Positions 50,486 through 59,732 of a DNA stretch of 64,000 nt are shown one piece after another (position 1 is the stretch's first letter; each line of letters begins with the position of its first letter). Position numbers and translations under genes: made by a program. The stretch comes from a virus. Taxonomy: Duplodnaviria > Caudoviricetes. The notes below the pieces were generated by a model. That model was given only the letters and a program-made list of their open reading frames with translations, was not told the DNA's origin and ran no database searches. Location of the stretch: the IMG/VR virus record IMGVR_UViG_3300044695_006401; one strand, 5' to 3'.

Positions 50486-50635
50486 ATGAAAAAAATCAAA
50501 AACATAAAAATATCAGTAGAAAGTCATGAACTACTAAAAAAGTACTGTGAAAAGAAGGGACTTAAGATATATAAATTTTTGGAAAATCTGATTAAAAAAA
50601 ATTGTGAAGAAGTAAAAGATATATACGGTGAGTAA
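50486..50635 (+). CDS. Unannotated ribbon-helix-helix DNA-binding protein
   Basis: MKKIKNIKISVESHELLKKYCEKKGLKIYKFLENLIKKNCEEVKDIYGE*: a K-N-I-K-I beta strand, helix A ending at G, then helix B. TATTTAT upstream. Confidence 0.75.
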   Translation: MKKIKNIKISVESHELLKKYCEKKGLKIYKFLENLIKKNCEEVKDIYGE

Positions 50636-51877
50636 TTATACTAAAGTAACATTAGTATAAATTGTTGCTGACTCAGAGGAATTCAATTTATTTACTTGCA
50701 CATTCAAAGTGTCTCCAGCATTTACTTGAATTGTCTCAATATCATCACCCAAATAATATGTTACAAAATTTCTTGTTACATATACTGAATATCCTGGTGT
50801 ACATGAAGATGAAGTCGTGATAGTTCCCCCAGTAGTATTTGATAATGTGGGTGTAGACCCACCTTGTACACAAACATTTCCTGTATTACCCGGCGAAAGC
50901 GATAATGTAGTTGGTGATCCGTTACAAACAGTGTAACTTAAAGTATTATTAGTTGTGGATGTGTAAAATATTTTATAGCAACTTTCGACATTGTCAGTTC
51001 TTAAGATTCTAATATCTGCATTATATCTGAATACCTCTGTCAATGAAGTATTACCTGTGACAAACAAAAAGTCTAAATTAAAATCTGTGGGATTCGGTGG
51101 TTCAATAACCGCCCTTTTTGATTTTTTTCTTGTATCAAATTCAAAAAGTGAAACTTGTCTTGAAATTGCTGGAGTAACCTCAAACTCTTCTTCATCTATC
51201 AAAATACCCATCATTAGTATTTTATATGTCGATATGTAATATTTTCTTTTTTCTATTTCTTTTACTGATTCATCTGAAACATCCTCCAATGTCATTGGAA
51301 TGTAGTGTCCTTTGATTTGCGTATATGCTTGTTTTGAAGTAAATGTTCTCATCATAATTTTGTTGAAGTCATTTACCTCTCTCATTCTATTACAAAATAT
51401 TCTTACATTATAAGTAATATCTACCGGAATTGGTTGTGGTATTTTATAAACATCCGCACCTTTTCTTTGACCGTCCCAAGTTGGGACACTGTAATAGAAG
51501 AACTGTCTTCTTTCTGGAATATTTGCTCTACCAGCATTATTAGTTCCGTATTTTACTTCAGGCATTCTAACAGTAGATATAAATGGTAATGTTATATTAC
51601 TATCTAAATCCTTAAAGTCCCAAGTTTCTGTAAATTGAATCCAACTTTGGTTTGTAATGATTCTATCTATTGTCGGTACTTTTTTTTCATCAACAACTAA
51701 CTTTAGTTGGTTCTTTACAAAGTCTAACATCCCCCTATCCAAATCGGCATGTAAAACACCCTTTGGTAAATAAGTTCCTTTGTCGGTTATTTCTTCCAAC
51801 AATTCCTGTCTTCGTTCTACCCCAACTTTCTGAGGGACTAAAGGAAGTTTTTTTATAAATTGTTTTGGTAAAGCCAT
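50636..51877 (-). CDS. Tail terminator / neck protein (T4 gp15-like) with a Cys-module insertion
   Basis: ITLPFISTVR, IPQPIPVDITYNVRIFCNRMREVN...F...QAY. Adjacent to the gp14-like gene. Confidence 0.65.
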   Translation of the reverse strand: MALPKQFIKKLPLVPQKVGVERRQELLEEITDKGTYLPKGVLHADLDRGMLDFVKNQLKLVVDEKKVPTIDRIITNQSWIQFTETWDFKDLDSNITLPFISTVRMPEVKYGTNNAGRANIPERRQFFYYSVPTWDGQRKGADVYKIPQPIPVDITYNVRIFCNRMREVNDFNKIMMRTFTSKQAYTQIKGHYIPMTLEDVSDESVKEIEKRKYYISTYKILMMGILIDEEEFEVTPAISRQVSLFEFDTRKKSKRAVIEPPNPTDFNLDFLFVTGNTSLTEVFRYNADIRILRTDNVESCYKIFYTSTTNNTLSYTVCNGSPTTLSLSPGNTGNVCVQGGSTPTLSNTTGGTITTSSSCTPGYSVYVTRNFVTYYLGDDIETIQVNAGDTLNVQVNKLNSSESATIYTNVTLV

Positions 51878-51879
51878 AA

Positions 51880-52395
51880 TTATATTCCTCTAAATTCGTT
51901 ATCCGTAACAGGAGCCGCTTTTATGGTTCTATAAAACGGTTTATATCCTCCGTATGAATGTTTCAAATCAGAAACAACCCTACCATCATCAACAACACTA
52001 TAATACCTAACTCTATTTTCTGTTTCGTAATAACCAATATAATCACCTAAAGAAATTTCCACAGCAAGTTCTACTAATGTTTTTTGGTAAACACTAACTG
52101 TTAGATTACCAGGTTCCGACTGATAAAGTTTTGAAGATCCTAAATCTGAATTAGTAGGAGTATCTATTTTGACATATCCCTTAAATTCAACAGGAGGTAA
52201 AAATTGTATAGCATCTGAAATAGCCTCACCGTAAACATCATCAGTATCGGTTCGTTGTCTATCTACTCGATACAAAACAAGTGTGAAATTCATATCACCT
52301 AATAACCATTCTTCACCCATCGAAAGGTCCAAATCAAAGTCCTGTTCTGAAAAAAACTTATTAAGTCTAGTAATTGGAACTCTATTATCTGCCAT
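51880..52395 (-). CDS. Head-closure / neck protein (T4 gp14-like)
   Basis: LVLYRVDR...DDVYGEA...F-x-PPVEF...GDYIGY...YYSV pattern. Confidence 0.6.
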   Translation of the reverse strand: MADNRVPITRLNKFFSEQDFDLDLSMGEEWLLGDMNFTLVLYRVDRQRTDTDDVYGEAISDAIQFLPPVEFKGYVKIDTPTNSDLGSSKLYQSEPGNLTVSVYQKTLVELAVEISLGDYIGYYETENRVRYYSVVDDGRVVSDLKHSYGGYKPFYRTIKAAPVTDNEFRGI

Positions 52396-52408
52396 ATCTA
52401 TAAATACT

Positions 52409-52442
52409 TTGATTGATTTTTTAGTTGTTAATACTTATTTTT
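52409..52442 (+). promoter_or_regulatory. Candidate early promoter for the SNF2 helicase
   Basis: TTTGATT...TACTTATTTT resembles the TTTGACAA...CACTTATATTT elements upstream of the SSB and polymerase genes. Confidence 0.45.
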
Positions 52443-52453
52443 AATTATTAATT

Positions 52454-54217
52454 ATGGAAGATTTTATTCCTAAAACCCCCGAATCTAAAGCACTCGTCGC
52501 ACTTGAAAGTTATGACGGGTCAAATAACTATATTCTAAATTTGAAACATAAAAAAGAAAATAGTAGATCTTTTACACCAACAAGAAGTCAATCGGATTAC
52601 ATCAACCTTTACAAAAACACAACACCTAAAGTTGCAAAAAAGTGGGTCAAGTTAGATAGTTACTTTGGGAAAAAACTGATGGAGGACAAAATGTACACGA
52701 AAGAACCGTCAGAAATATATGTAGAAAAGTTATTAGTTGAAAAAGACAAAGCTTATCATATTTGGGGTAAAATATTTTCAGGTGAAACTTTACATGATTT
52801 TTGGATGCCAAAATCAGCGCTAATTAAAGACAATGAAGTTAAAAATGTGCTTATTGAATATGATAAATATAATCACAGACCTCCGATGGATCACCAAAAA
52901 GAAGCAATAGAAAAACTTGTTAGAAACAAAAAGTTTATTTTGGCAGATGATATGGGTCTTGGTAAGACTACTGCAACAATTATCGCAGCACTTGAGACGA
53001 GAGCTAAAAAAATATTAATTGTTTGTCCCGCTTCTTTGAAAATAAATTGGCAAAGAGAGATTGAAAACTACTCAGATAGATCTGTTTATATTTCTGAAGG
53101 AAAAAAGTTTTCAGACGAACACGATTTTGTCATCATCAATTATGACATACTTAAAAATTTTCACGACCCAAAAAAGAAAGATGAATCCACAATTTTAAAG
53201 TCTAACTTTGATCTTATTATTATGGACGAGGCTCATATGATCTCTAATCCCCAAGCTCAAAGGACAAAAATAGTTAATGATATAACACAAAAATCAACAA
53301 GGGTGTGGTTATTATCGGGAACCCCAATGACATCCAGACCTATGAATTATTATAATCTTTTAAATCTTGTTGACAGTCCTGTTGCTATGAATTGGATGGC
53401 GTATGCTAAAAGATATTGTAACGGATTCCAATTTAGTGTTGGGAAAAGAAAAGTTTGGAATGTTACGGGAGCCTCAAACTTAGATGAATTAAGAGATAGG
53501 ACACAAACTCACATCCTCAGAAGACTAAAAGAAGATGTTTTAGATTTACCTGAAAAAATTATCACACCTGTCTATTTAAGACTTAAATCAAAAGACTATG
53601 AAGATTTGATGGGTGAGTATTTTGATTGGTATGACAACAATAGTGAAGAATCGTCATCATTAACTTTGCAGTTTGGGAAATTAATGAAAGTGAGAAAAAT
53701 AATTGCAAGTGAGAAAGTAAAAAGCACTATAGAACTTGCTGAGAATATTATAGACCAAGGTAAAAAAGTTATTATTTTTACAAATTTTACAGATACACTA
53801 CAAGAAATTTATAATCACTTTGGTAAGTCTGCAGTCTATTTAGATGGATCTTGTTCGAAACCGCACCGACAAAATTCTGTAGACGAATTTCAAACGAACG
53901 ATAAAATAAAAGTATTTGTTGGTAATTTAAAAGCAGCGGGGGTTGGATTAACTTTAACCTCAGCGGAAGCTGTAATCATGAATGATTTATCTTTTGTACC
54001 TGCAGAACATTCGCAAGCTGAAGATAGATCACATAGAATTGGACAAAAAAATTCAACATCAGTATATTATCCTATTTTTGAAAATACAATTGAGGGTGCA
54101 ATCTACGATATACTAAATAGAAAGAAAAAGATCATTTCTACAGTAATGGGTGATGATATGATGGATGACGCATCCACAATAGAAGAAATGTTAAATATGA
54201 TTTCTAAACAAAGGTGA
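52454..54217 (+). CDS. SNF2-family helicase (SMARCAL1/HARP-like)
   Basis: ILADDMGLGKT, DEAH, LLSGTP, RRLKEDV, AAGVGLTLT, QAEDRSHRIGQ. Confidence 0.93.
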   Translation: MEDFIPKTPESKALVALESYDGSNNYILNLKHKKENSRSFTPTRSQSDYINLYKNTTPKVAKKWVKLDSYFGKKLMEDKMYTKEPSEIYVEKLLVEKDKAYHIWGKIFSGETLHDFWMPKSALIKDNEVKNVLIEYDKYNHRPPMDHQKEAIEKLVRNKKFILADDMGLGKTTATIIAALETRAKKILIVCPASLKINWQREIENYSDRSVYISEGKKFSDEHDFVIINYDILKNFHDPKKKDESTILKSNFDLIIMDEAHMISNPQAQRTKIVNDITQKSTRVWLLSGTPMTSRPMNYYNLLNLVDSPVAMNWMAYAKRYCNGFQFSVGKRKVWNVTGASNLDELRDRTQTHILRRLKEDVLDLPEKIITPVYLRLKSKDYEDLMGEYFDWYDNNSEESSSLTLQFGKLMKVRKIIASEKVKSTIELAENIIDQGKKVIIFTNFTDTLQEIYNHFGKSAVYLDGSCSKPHRQNSVDEFQTNDKIKVFVGNLKAAGVGLTLTSAEAVIMNDLSFVPAEHSQAEDRSHRIGQKNSTSVYYPIFENTIEGAIYDILNRKKKIISTVMGDDMMDDASTIEEMLNMISKQR

Positions 54218-54228
54218 TATTTATACAT

Positions 54229-55314
54229 ATGAATGTTGAAATATCATATAAAGGAATCACGCCAAAAGTAGATCAAGAATTATTAATCAAAAGATTTATT
54301 ACTTATCTTAAAAAAGAATATCCCCTTAAAGGTGATGTTAAAATAATTTTCACAAACAAAAGATTCGGTACTATGACCACGGGGTCGAGAACCGATAGTA
54401 GTGTTCTAAAAGTGTTAGTTAAAGACAGATTAAATCGTGATATTTTAAGAACATTGTCTCATGAGTGGCAACACGAATACCAAAGAACCGTTTTAAAAAG
54501 AAAAAAGGGAAAAGACATTGGTGGTGAAAACGAAGATGATGCTAATGCGATTTCAGGTAAAGATGTTAAAAACTTCGAAAAAAGTAACAAAAAATTAGAA
54601 GACATTATCTATACAAAGTTTGAAAAAAAAATAAATGAGATAGAAAATAAGTTGGAAATAGTTTCATTTAATAATGAAAAAATTATAAGTGAAATTAAAC
54701 ACATTAGTATCGATAAATTACCATACGATTTTGATTCGTTAGGAAAATTCATAGATACTGAAACTATGAAAACTCATTATAACAAACACTATAAAGGGTA
54801 TGTTGAAAAATTAAATTTAGAATTAGATAAGATTTCAGGTAAAGATTTAGATTTAGAAGAAATAATACTCAAAATTTCAAAATTTAATACAAAAGTTAGA
54901 AATAATGGTGGTGGGGCTTTTAATCACGCTCTTTTTTGGAAAATGCTTTCACCCAAAAAACAAGAATTAATAGATCCTATTAAAACTAAAATTGACAAAC
55001 ACTTTGGGTCTTTTGAAAAATTTAAAGAAAAATTTGAATCAGAAGCCAAAAGTAGATTTGGTTCAGGATGGGTTTGGTTGGTTTTAACCAAAACAAATGG
55101 TCTTAAAATTGTCACTACAGCAAACCAAGATAACCCATTAATGGATATTGAAAAAAACGGGGGGTATCCACTATTAGGATTAGATTTATGGGAACACGCA
55201 TATTACCTCAAGTACAAAAATGAAAGAGACAAATATATTAGTAATTTTTGGAAAGTTGTAAATTGGGGGTTCGTAAATGATCTCTACACCACACAAACCA
55301 AAAGGAAATTTTAA
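54229..55314 (+). CDS. sodA: Mn/Fe superoxide dismutase fused to an N-terminal HExxH (zincin-like) domain
   Basis: SOD ligands in THYNKHY, NHALFW and DLWEHAY. NNGGG and ANQD favour the Mn type. N-terminal LSHEWQHEYQ. Likely start is ATG at 54229, after TATTTAT (54218-54224). Confidence 0.88.
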   Translation: MNVEISYKGITPKVDQELLIKRFITYLKKEYPLKGDVKIIFTNKRFGTMTTGSRTDSSVLKVLVKDRLNRDILRTLSHEWQHEYQRTVLKRKKGKDIGGENEDDANAISGKDVKNFEKSNKKLEDIIYTKFEKKINEIENKLEIVSFNNEKIISEIKHISIDKLPYDFDSLGKFIDTETMKTHYNKHYKGYVEKLNLELDKISGKDLDLEEIILKISKFNTKVRNNGGGAFNHALFWKMLSPKKQELIDPIKTKIDKHFGSFEKFKEKFESEAKSRFGSGWVWLVLTKTNGLKIVTTANQDNPLMDIEKNGGYPLLGLDLWEHAYYLKYKNERDKYISNFWKVVNWGFVNDLYTTQTKRKF

Positions 55315-55355
55315 TGTCTTTTTATTTATAAGATATTTATATAGAAAATATTCTT

Positions 55356-56474
55356 ATGTCCACAGCAATAATTACAGAACCAGAAAGAAGTAAACTTTAC
55401 AAAAGAATTAAAAATCTTTTGGGGGCACCATTGCGTTCAGTCGAACTCGAAGATGAAATGTTGGACTCACTTTTAGAATTATCAGTACAAGATTACGCAC
55501 AACATGTTAATGATTGGTTGATTGAAAGTCAGTGGTCCTCACTTTACGGAATGAACTTAGATGAACAATCGCTAACGAGAGCCTTTACAACAAGATCATT
55601 AGATTGGGAAACTCAATATACATACGCTTATTCTAAAATCGTGGGTCTCCAAGCTGGTGGTGATTGGGTATTGAAAAAAGACTATATTGAGTTAGTACCT
55701 CACCAACAGATATATGAAATACCGGCAGGTAGAGAAGTAAATGAATTACTTTGGTTTTCAAGATCAGAATTAGACGCAGCTTACTTTGATCCATTCATGG
55801 GTGGATTTGGTGGATTCGGTGGTATTGGATTGGGTGGGGGAGCTGGATTTTCTCAAATGGGTACGACAGGTAATTATTTTATTACACCTGCCTTTGACAT
55901 CCTTTTGAGAATGTCGGACATCAATATTAAAAGAAGAATAATTACAGGTGAACTTACATATCGAATTACAGCATTACCTGAAGGTAAAAAGGCATTACAT
56001 TTAATGAATGTACCTGGTGGAAAATTTGACTTTGGGAATATTAATTTCCAAAAATATAGAGTATGGTATTGGTACTACGATACATTTGATAGGGATGGTT
56101 GTTTAGCAGCAAATAAGGATGTTGTAAAACTTCCTTCAGATGTTCCTATCGATGAAATGAGATGGGACGAATTGAACTCACCGGCACAAACTTGGGTAAG
56201 AAGATGGTTTACAGCGTATTGTAAAGAAACATTGGCAAGAGTAAGAGGAAAATATAGTGGAAACTTAAAAACACCAGATTCAGAACTTACACTAGAATAT
56301 CAGAGTTTACAAACAGAAGCAAAAGATGAAAAAGCTATGTTATGGGAAGAATTAAAAACTCGTTTAGAAAGACTAAGACCGGAAAAACAATGGGAAATTA
56401 AAGGGTTACAGGCTGAAAATATGAACAAAACCCTTAAGTTTAGACCATTTACAAGTCCATATACCGTCATATAA
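55356..56474 (+). CDS. Head-tail adaptor / neck protein (T4 gp13-like)
   Basis: IKNLLGAPLRSVELEDE, YIELVPHQQIYEIP, WVRRWFTAYCKETLARVRGKYSG...TPD, C-terminal EELK. Confidence 0.8.
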   Translation: MSTAIITEPERSKLYKRIKNLLGAPLRSVELEDEMLDSLLELSVQDYAQHVNDWLIESQWSSLYGMNLDEQSLTRAFTTRSLDWETQYTYAYSKIVGLQAGGDWVLKKDYIELVPHQQIYEIPAGREVNELLWFSRSELDAAYFDPFMGGFGGFGGIGLGGGAGFSQMGTTGNYFITPAFDILLRMSDINIKRRIITGELTYRITALPEGKKALHLMNVPGGKFDFGNINFQKYRVWYWYYDTFDRDGCLAANKDVVKLPSDVPIDEMRWDELNSPAQTWVRRWFTAYCKETLARVRGKYSGNLKTPDSELTLEYQSLQTEAKDEKAMLWEELKTRLERLRPEKQWEIKGLQAENMNKTLKFRPFTSPYTVI

Positions 56475-56481
56475 TTAAAAT

Positions 56482-56814
56482 ATGCCAGTTTTTAGATCCA
56501 TACCTTCATTAAGAATTATTAATGGAAATCAAATTGAGACATCGGACTCCGCAGTAGTAATTAGTCAAGACTATACTACAAATGGTGAATATGTGATTGT
56601 TTATAAAGGTGAAGAAAATCACGAATTATATTTAAATCATAACAACACTGACCATGTAGTTGTTAAATCATTAACCAAAGTTTTAGTAAAAACTGAAAGT
56701 TTAATTGATGAAGAGTTTAATGAAGTGGAACTTGATAAAGGGTCATGTGTTGAATTTAAATATATAAATGGTTTTTGGTATATACTTTCATCTGACGGTT
56801 TAAAAAATTCCTAA
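56482..56814 (+). CDS. Small beta-rich hypothetical virion protein
   Basis: 110 aa ending GSCVEFKYINGFWYILSS, a fibre-tip-like pattern. Downstream of the gp13-like gene. Confidence 0.6.
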   Translation: MPVFRSIPSLRIINGNQIETSDSAVVISQDYTTNGEYVIVYKGEENHELYLNHNNTDHVVVKSLTKVLVKTESLIDEEFNEVELDKGSCVEFKYINGFWYILSSDGLKNS

Positions 56815-59639
56815 TCAAACGATAACGACATAAGATCACCGTCCACATCAAACTCATAGAATTCTTCTTGGTCAATTTTTTTGTTTTGTTTCACATATTC
56901 CTCCATCATAACTCTATTTTTTTCAACCCACTCTACATCAACTAAATTTAAAGTGTCATCAATATACATGTAATACGGATCTATCCCAACATTTTTCCAA
57001 AATGTTAATTCCATGTCTGACAGTGATAAAACTTCCTCTAATGTATCTTGGTGCGCTTCTTTCATTGGGTAGCCTCTCACAAGTTCTGTTTGTGTCTTTG
57101 TGAATATAGGTCTGTCCTTAGGGTCCTCAATTAAAATATCTTCTCTGATTTCAGGTTTGTATACAACCAATAGTGGTTCAATCCTTTTATTAAACGCCGC
57201 CATATATCTTGCAATGTTATACTCACCTAATAAATCGGGGTTCCTTTCTATTTCTTTTTCATCAATCAAATAACAATTTAAAACTAATTCGTCTTTTTTC
57301 TTTTGAACATCTCCGTGTGATTTCTTTTCACCGTTATTAACATAAAAAATTGTATCACCAAGACCAGGGTTCTTACCCTCCTTAATCAAAAGTTCCATGT
57401 GAGCTTGACGAGACATCATGTTACCTGCCTTTGTGGTTTTTGTGATGTGAACTTTATAATCATCAATAGACTGTTTAACACGAGCCTTATTTGCGATTTT
57501 AGCCAAAGGAATTTGTCGGTTATACAACTTATCCACATACTCGTAATAGAAATCTAAAAACTCACCGCCCTTACCATCTAATAACATTCGAAGACCTTTA
57601 TCCAAGAACTCAGCAACATATGTTTGAAGTTTTTTAGACTTAATTGTATTACCCGTAAGTTTTACTTTTCCTTTATCGGTAAGAAGTGCGTAGTTTTTAC
57701 GAGCAACATTAATTGTAGATGGCCAAACACCGTCAATATCCAATCCCATTTCACCCCTCAAAAACAAATCATTGTATTCCGCAACATCCGCTTCAGCGCC
57801 GACATATTCTTTTCCTTCTTTAACCAATCCGTTAAGACCTTTACCTATGTATTTGTATTCATCACGGTCTGACGGAGTTTCAAAGTTCACACCATCCGTG
57901 TCCATTACAAGTGGAACATAACCTCGTTTCATAAAAAACATAATCATCTGACGAAGATATTGTCTACCTGTACAAGTAATCTGTTCACCCATATCAATAT
58001 CCCCCCACGGAAACACTTGTGGTGCTGATAATGAACCAAAGAAAGCGTTGATGAAGATTTTAATTGGTAACTGCTTTCTATCATATGAAATTGCAAGTTT
58101 TGGGTCTATTGTTTTAAATTCACTTGCCAAGTTCTTGTATTTGATACGAGTATCACGGAAATACTTTAACATACTCTTCATCGCACCTGTAACATCACAA
58201 GCGGGAAAGACATCATGAACCAACTGAATAGATGGGTATAGTGAAGAGTAGTCAAGTTTTAATACATTTTTAGAGAACCCAACTTGTACCAAACGAGAAA
58301 GACCTCCCGTAAACTTTCTTTTTTCCAATTTTCTTGGTAATGCTAAGTTATGTTTATAAGACCATGAGGACATAATCATTTTCCATAATGTTGCAGTTCC
58401 CATTGTTGAAAGTCTTTCATATGTTGTTGGTACAAGTTTAGAAAGTAGGAAGTTTGCTTGGTTAAACTGCTCGTCAACAATCATAGTTTCATAAAGGTCA
58501 TCGTCCAAGTAATCTTCAATAATCTTTGATCCGGTAATTAAATGATAAACATCATCTCGTCTTTTACATATCTCATCTATTTTAGAATCAAACCCAACTT
58601 TTTTGTATGCCCCATTTTCTTTGTTCATCCAAAACTCTTCGTTATCGAAATAGATTTTACCAATTTTATCCCCCTCAACATAAACACGATTAGGTTTTTC
58701 AGCCTCAATAAACTTAGTAATATACTTCAAAGACCAACTCTTGATATCTGAATTGATTGCTTGTGCTCTACGAACGGCATGTGCAATATCCACAATGTTA
58801 TATCCCCACATCTGAGTTTGGACATAAGGTTCCATTTCATTTGCTAACTTCAAGATACCATCTTTTTGTTTCAGAGTATAATCGGGGTGTAAGGTTTTAC
58901 AGATTTTTTTGATATTAAGTTTTAATATCTCGGCTCTTTTTAAAATAAATGGGAAGTCAAAGAAGGCTGAGTTATAACCACCAACCAAAGAAGGTTTTAG
59001 TTCATCAATAGTTTTAAAGAAATCGACAATCATTTGTCTTTCCTCATCTTCATTTTGTGCTGATAATAATTTCAAGAAACCACGATTGTCTTTCATCCCA
59101 ATCAAGAATATTTTACTTGTTTTGGGGTCAAGTCCTGTGGTCTCGATATCGAATACAAACCTGTGGATTTCATCGTATTCTTCGAAACCTTTAAAAAGTC
59201 GTTTGTTTTTTTGAATTAGGTATTGTTCTACGGGTGATAGGATTTGTATACTGTCCGTGTTATCTCTACCCCATGGATCTAATCCACCACCCTTAAAAAA
59301 GTTTACGAGGTTTGAATATGACTTTGTTGTCTTTACGATATACTTTAATCCATTTTCGAGTCTTTCGTCTCCATGAGTGTCTAATTTTTCAATAATAATT
59401 CCATTTTCACTCATTGCTCTTTTTTGAGAATGTTTATCACTTTTATAAAAGTTTTTACCTTTTAAATCACCGACCCATGCAAACGGAATAAATGTATCAG
59501 GGCGTAATAATTTACCTTTAATTGGGTCTTGAATTACTTTATAAATTTTTGATGTTTTGTAATCGTACTCGAGTGAAACGATATATTTTTCTTCGTCTTC
59601 GCCTAATAAAAAGCGTTCAATTTCTTCTTGTGGAACCAT
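56811..59639 (-). CDS. Family B DNA polymerase with 3'-5' exonuclease
   Basis: ExoI FDIETTG, ExoII GYNSAFFDFPF, region II LDYSSLYPS, region III KIFINAFFG, region I MDTDG. Likely start is ATG at 59639 (MVPQEE), since the track's upstream extension overlaps the promoter/leader region. Confidence 0.93.
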   Translation of the reverse strand: MVPQEEIERFLLGEDEEKYIVSLEYDYKTSKIYKVIQDPIKGKLLRPDTFIPFAWVGDLKGKNFYKSDKHSQKRAMSENGIIIEKLDTHGDERLENGLKYIVKTTKSYSNLVNFFKGGGLDPWGRDNTDSIQILSPVEQYLIQKNKRLFKGFEEYDEIHRFVFDIETTGLDPKTSKIFLIGMKDNRGFLKLLSAQNEDEERQMIVDFFKTIDELKPSLVGGYNSAFFDFPFILKRAEILKLNIKKICKTLHPDYTLKQKDGILKLANEMEPYVQTQMWGYNIVDIAHAVRRAQAINSDIKSWSLKYITKFIEAEKPNRVYVEGDKIGKIYFDNEEFWMNKENGAYKKVGFDSKIDEICKRRDDVYHLITGSKIIEDYLDDDLYETMIVDEQFNQANFLLSKLVPTTYERLSTMGTATLWKMIMSSWSYKHNLALPRKLEKRKFTGGLSRLVQVGFSKNVLKLDYSSLYPSIQLVHDVFPACDVTGAMKSMLKYFRDTRIKYKNLASEFKTIDPKLAISYDRKQLPIKIFINAFFGSLSAPQVFPWGDIDMGEQITCTGRQYLRQMIMFFMKRGYVPLVMDTDGVNFETPSDRDEYKYIGKGLNGLVKEGKEYVGAEADVAEYNDLFLRGEMGLDIDGVWPSTINVARKNYALLTDKGKVKLTGNTIKSKKLQTYVAEFLDKGLRMLLDGKGGEFLDFYYEYVDKLYNRQIPLAKIANKARVKQSIDDYKVHITKTTKAGNMMSRQAHMELLIKEGKNPGLGDTIFYVNNGEKKSHGDVQKKKDELVLNCYLIDEKEIERNPDLLGEYNIARYMAAFNKRIEPLLVVYKPEIREDILIEDPKDRPIFTKTQTELVRGYPMKEAHQDTLEEVLSLSDMELTFWKNVGIDPYYMYIDDTLNLVDVEWVEKNRVMMEEYVKQNKKIDQEEFYEFDVDGDLMSLSFD

Positions 59640-59678
59640 AATTTTTATATTTAAGTTTGGCGTATTAGCTGTCACATG

Positions 59679-59732
59679 AGTGTAACATTTACCTTTGTCT
59701 AAAATATAAGTGTAAAATTTACCCTTGTCAAA
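59679..59732 (-). promoter_or_regulatory. Early promoter for the DNA polymerase with 21-bp direct repeats
   Basis: Minus strand TTTGACAA...CACTTATATTTT (59701-59732). Repeats agtgtaacatttacctttgtc (59679-59699) and agtgtaaaatttacccttgtc (59709-59729). Confidence 0.65.

Noticed and set aside
20146-54217. Eukaryotic or giant-virus origin suggested by the eukaryote-like RNR and SMARCAL1-like helicase
   Set aside because: The contractile tail genes, bacterial promoters, Rho-independent terminators and translational coupling indicate a bacteriophage.
1711-56813. Genome-wide TAG (or TGA) stop-codon reassignment, as in some huge phages
   Set aside because: All long genes are intact in the standard code. 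The polymerase's TAG must be a stop, because readthrough would run antisense through the convergent gene. TGA ends several coupled genes.
20146-59639. Inteins, introns or homing endonucleases in nrdA, nrdB, helicase, recA or the polymerase
   Set aside because: The proteins have normal lengths and contiguous motifs, with no LAGLIDADG, HNH, GIY-YIG or intein splice motifs evident.
59640-59675. Longer N-termini given by the ORF track for the polymerase (59675), the SOD fusion (54214) and the 28724 gene (29431)
   Set aside because: These extensions overlap promoter/leader elements or the upstream gene. Downstream ATGs at 59639, 54229 and 29395 fit the local signals better.
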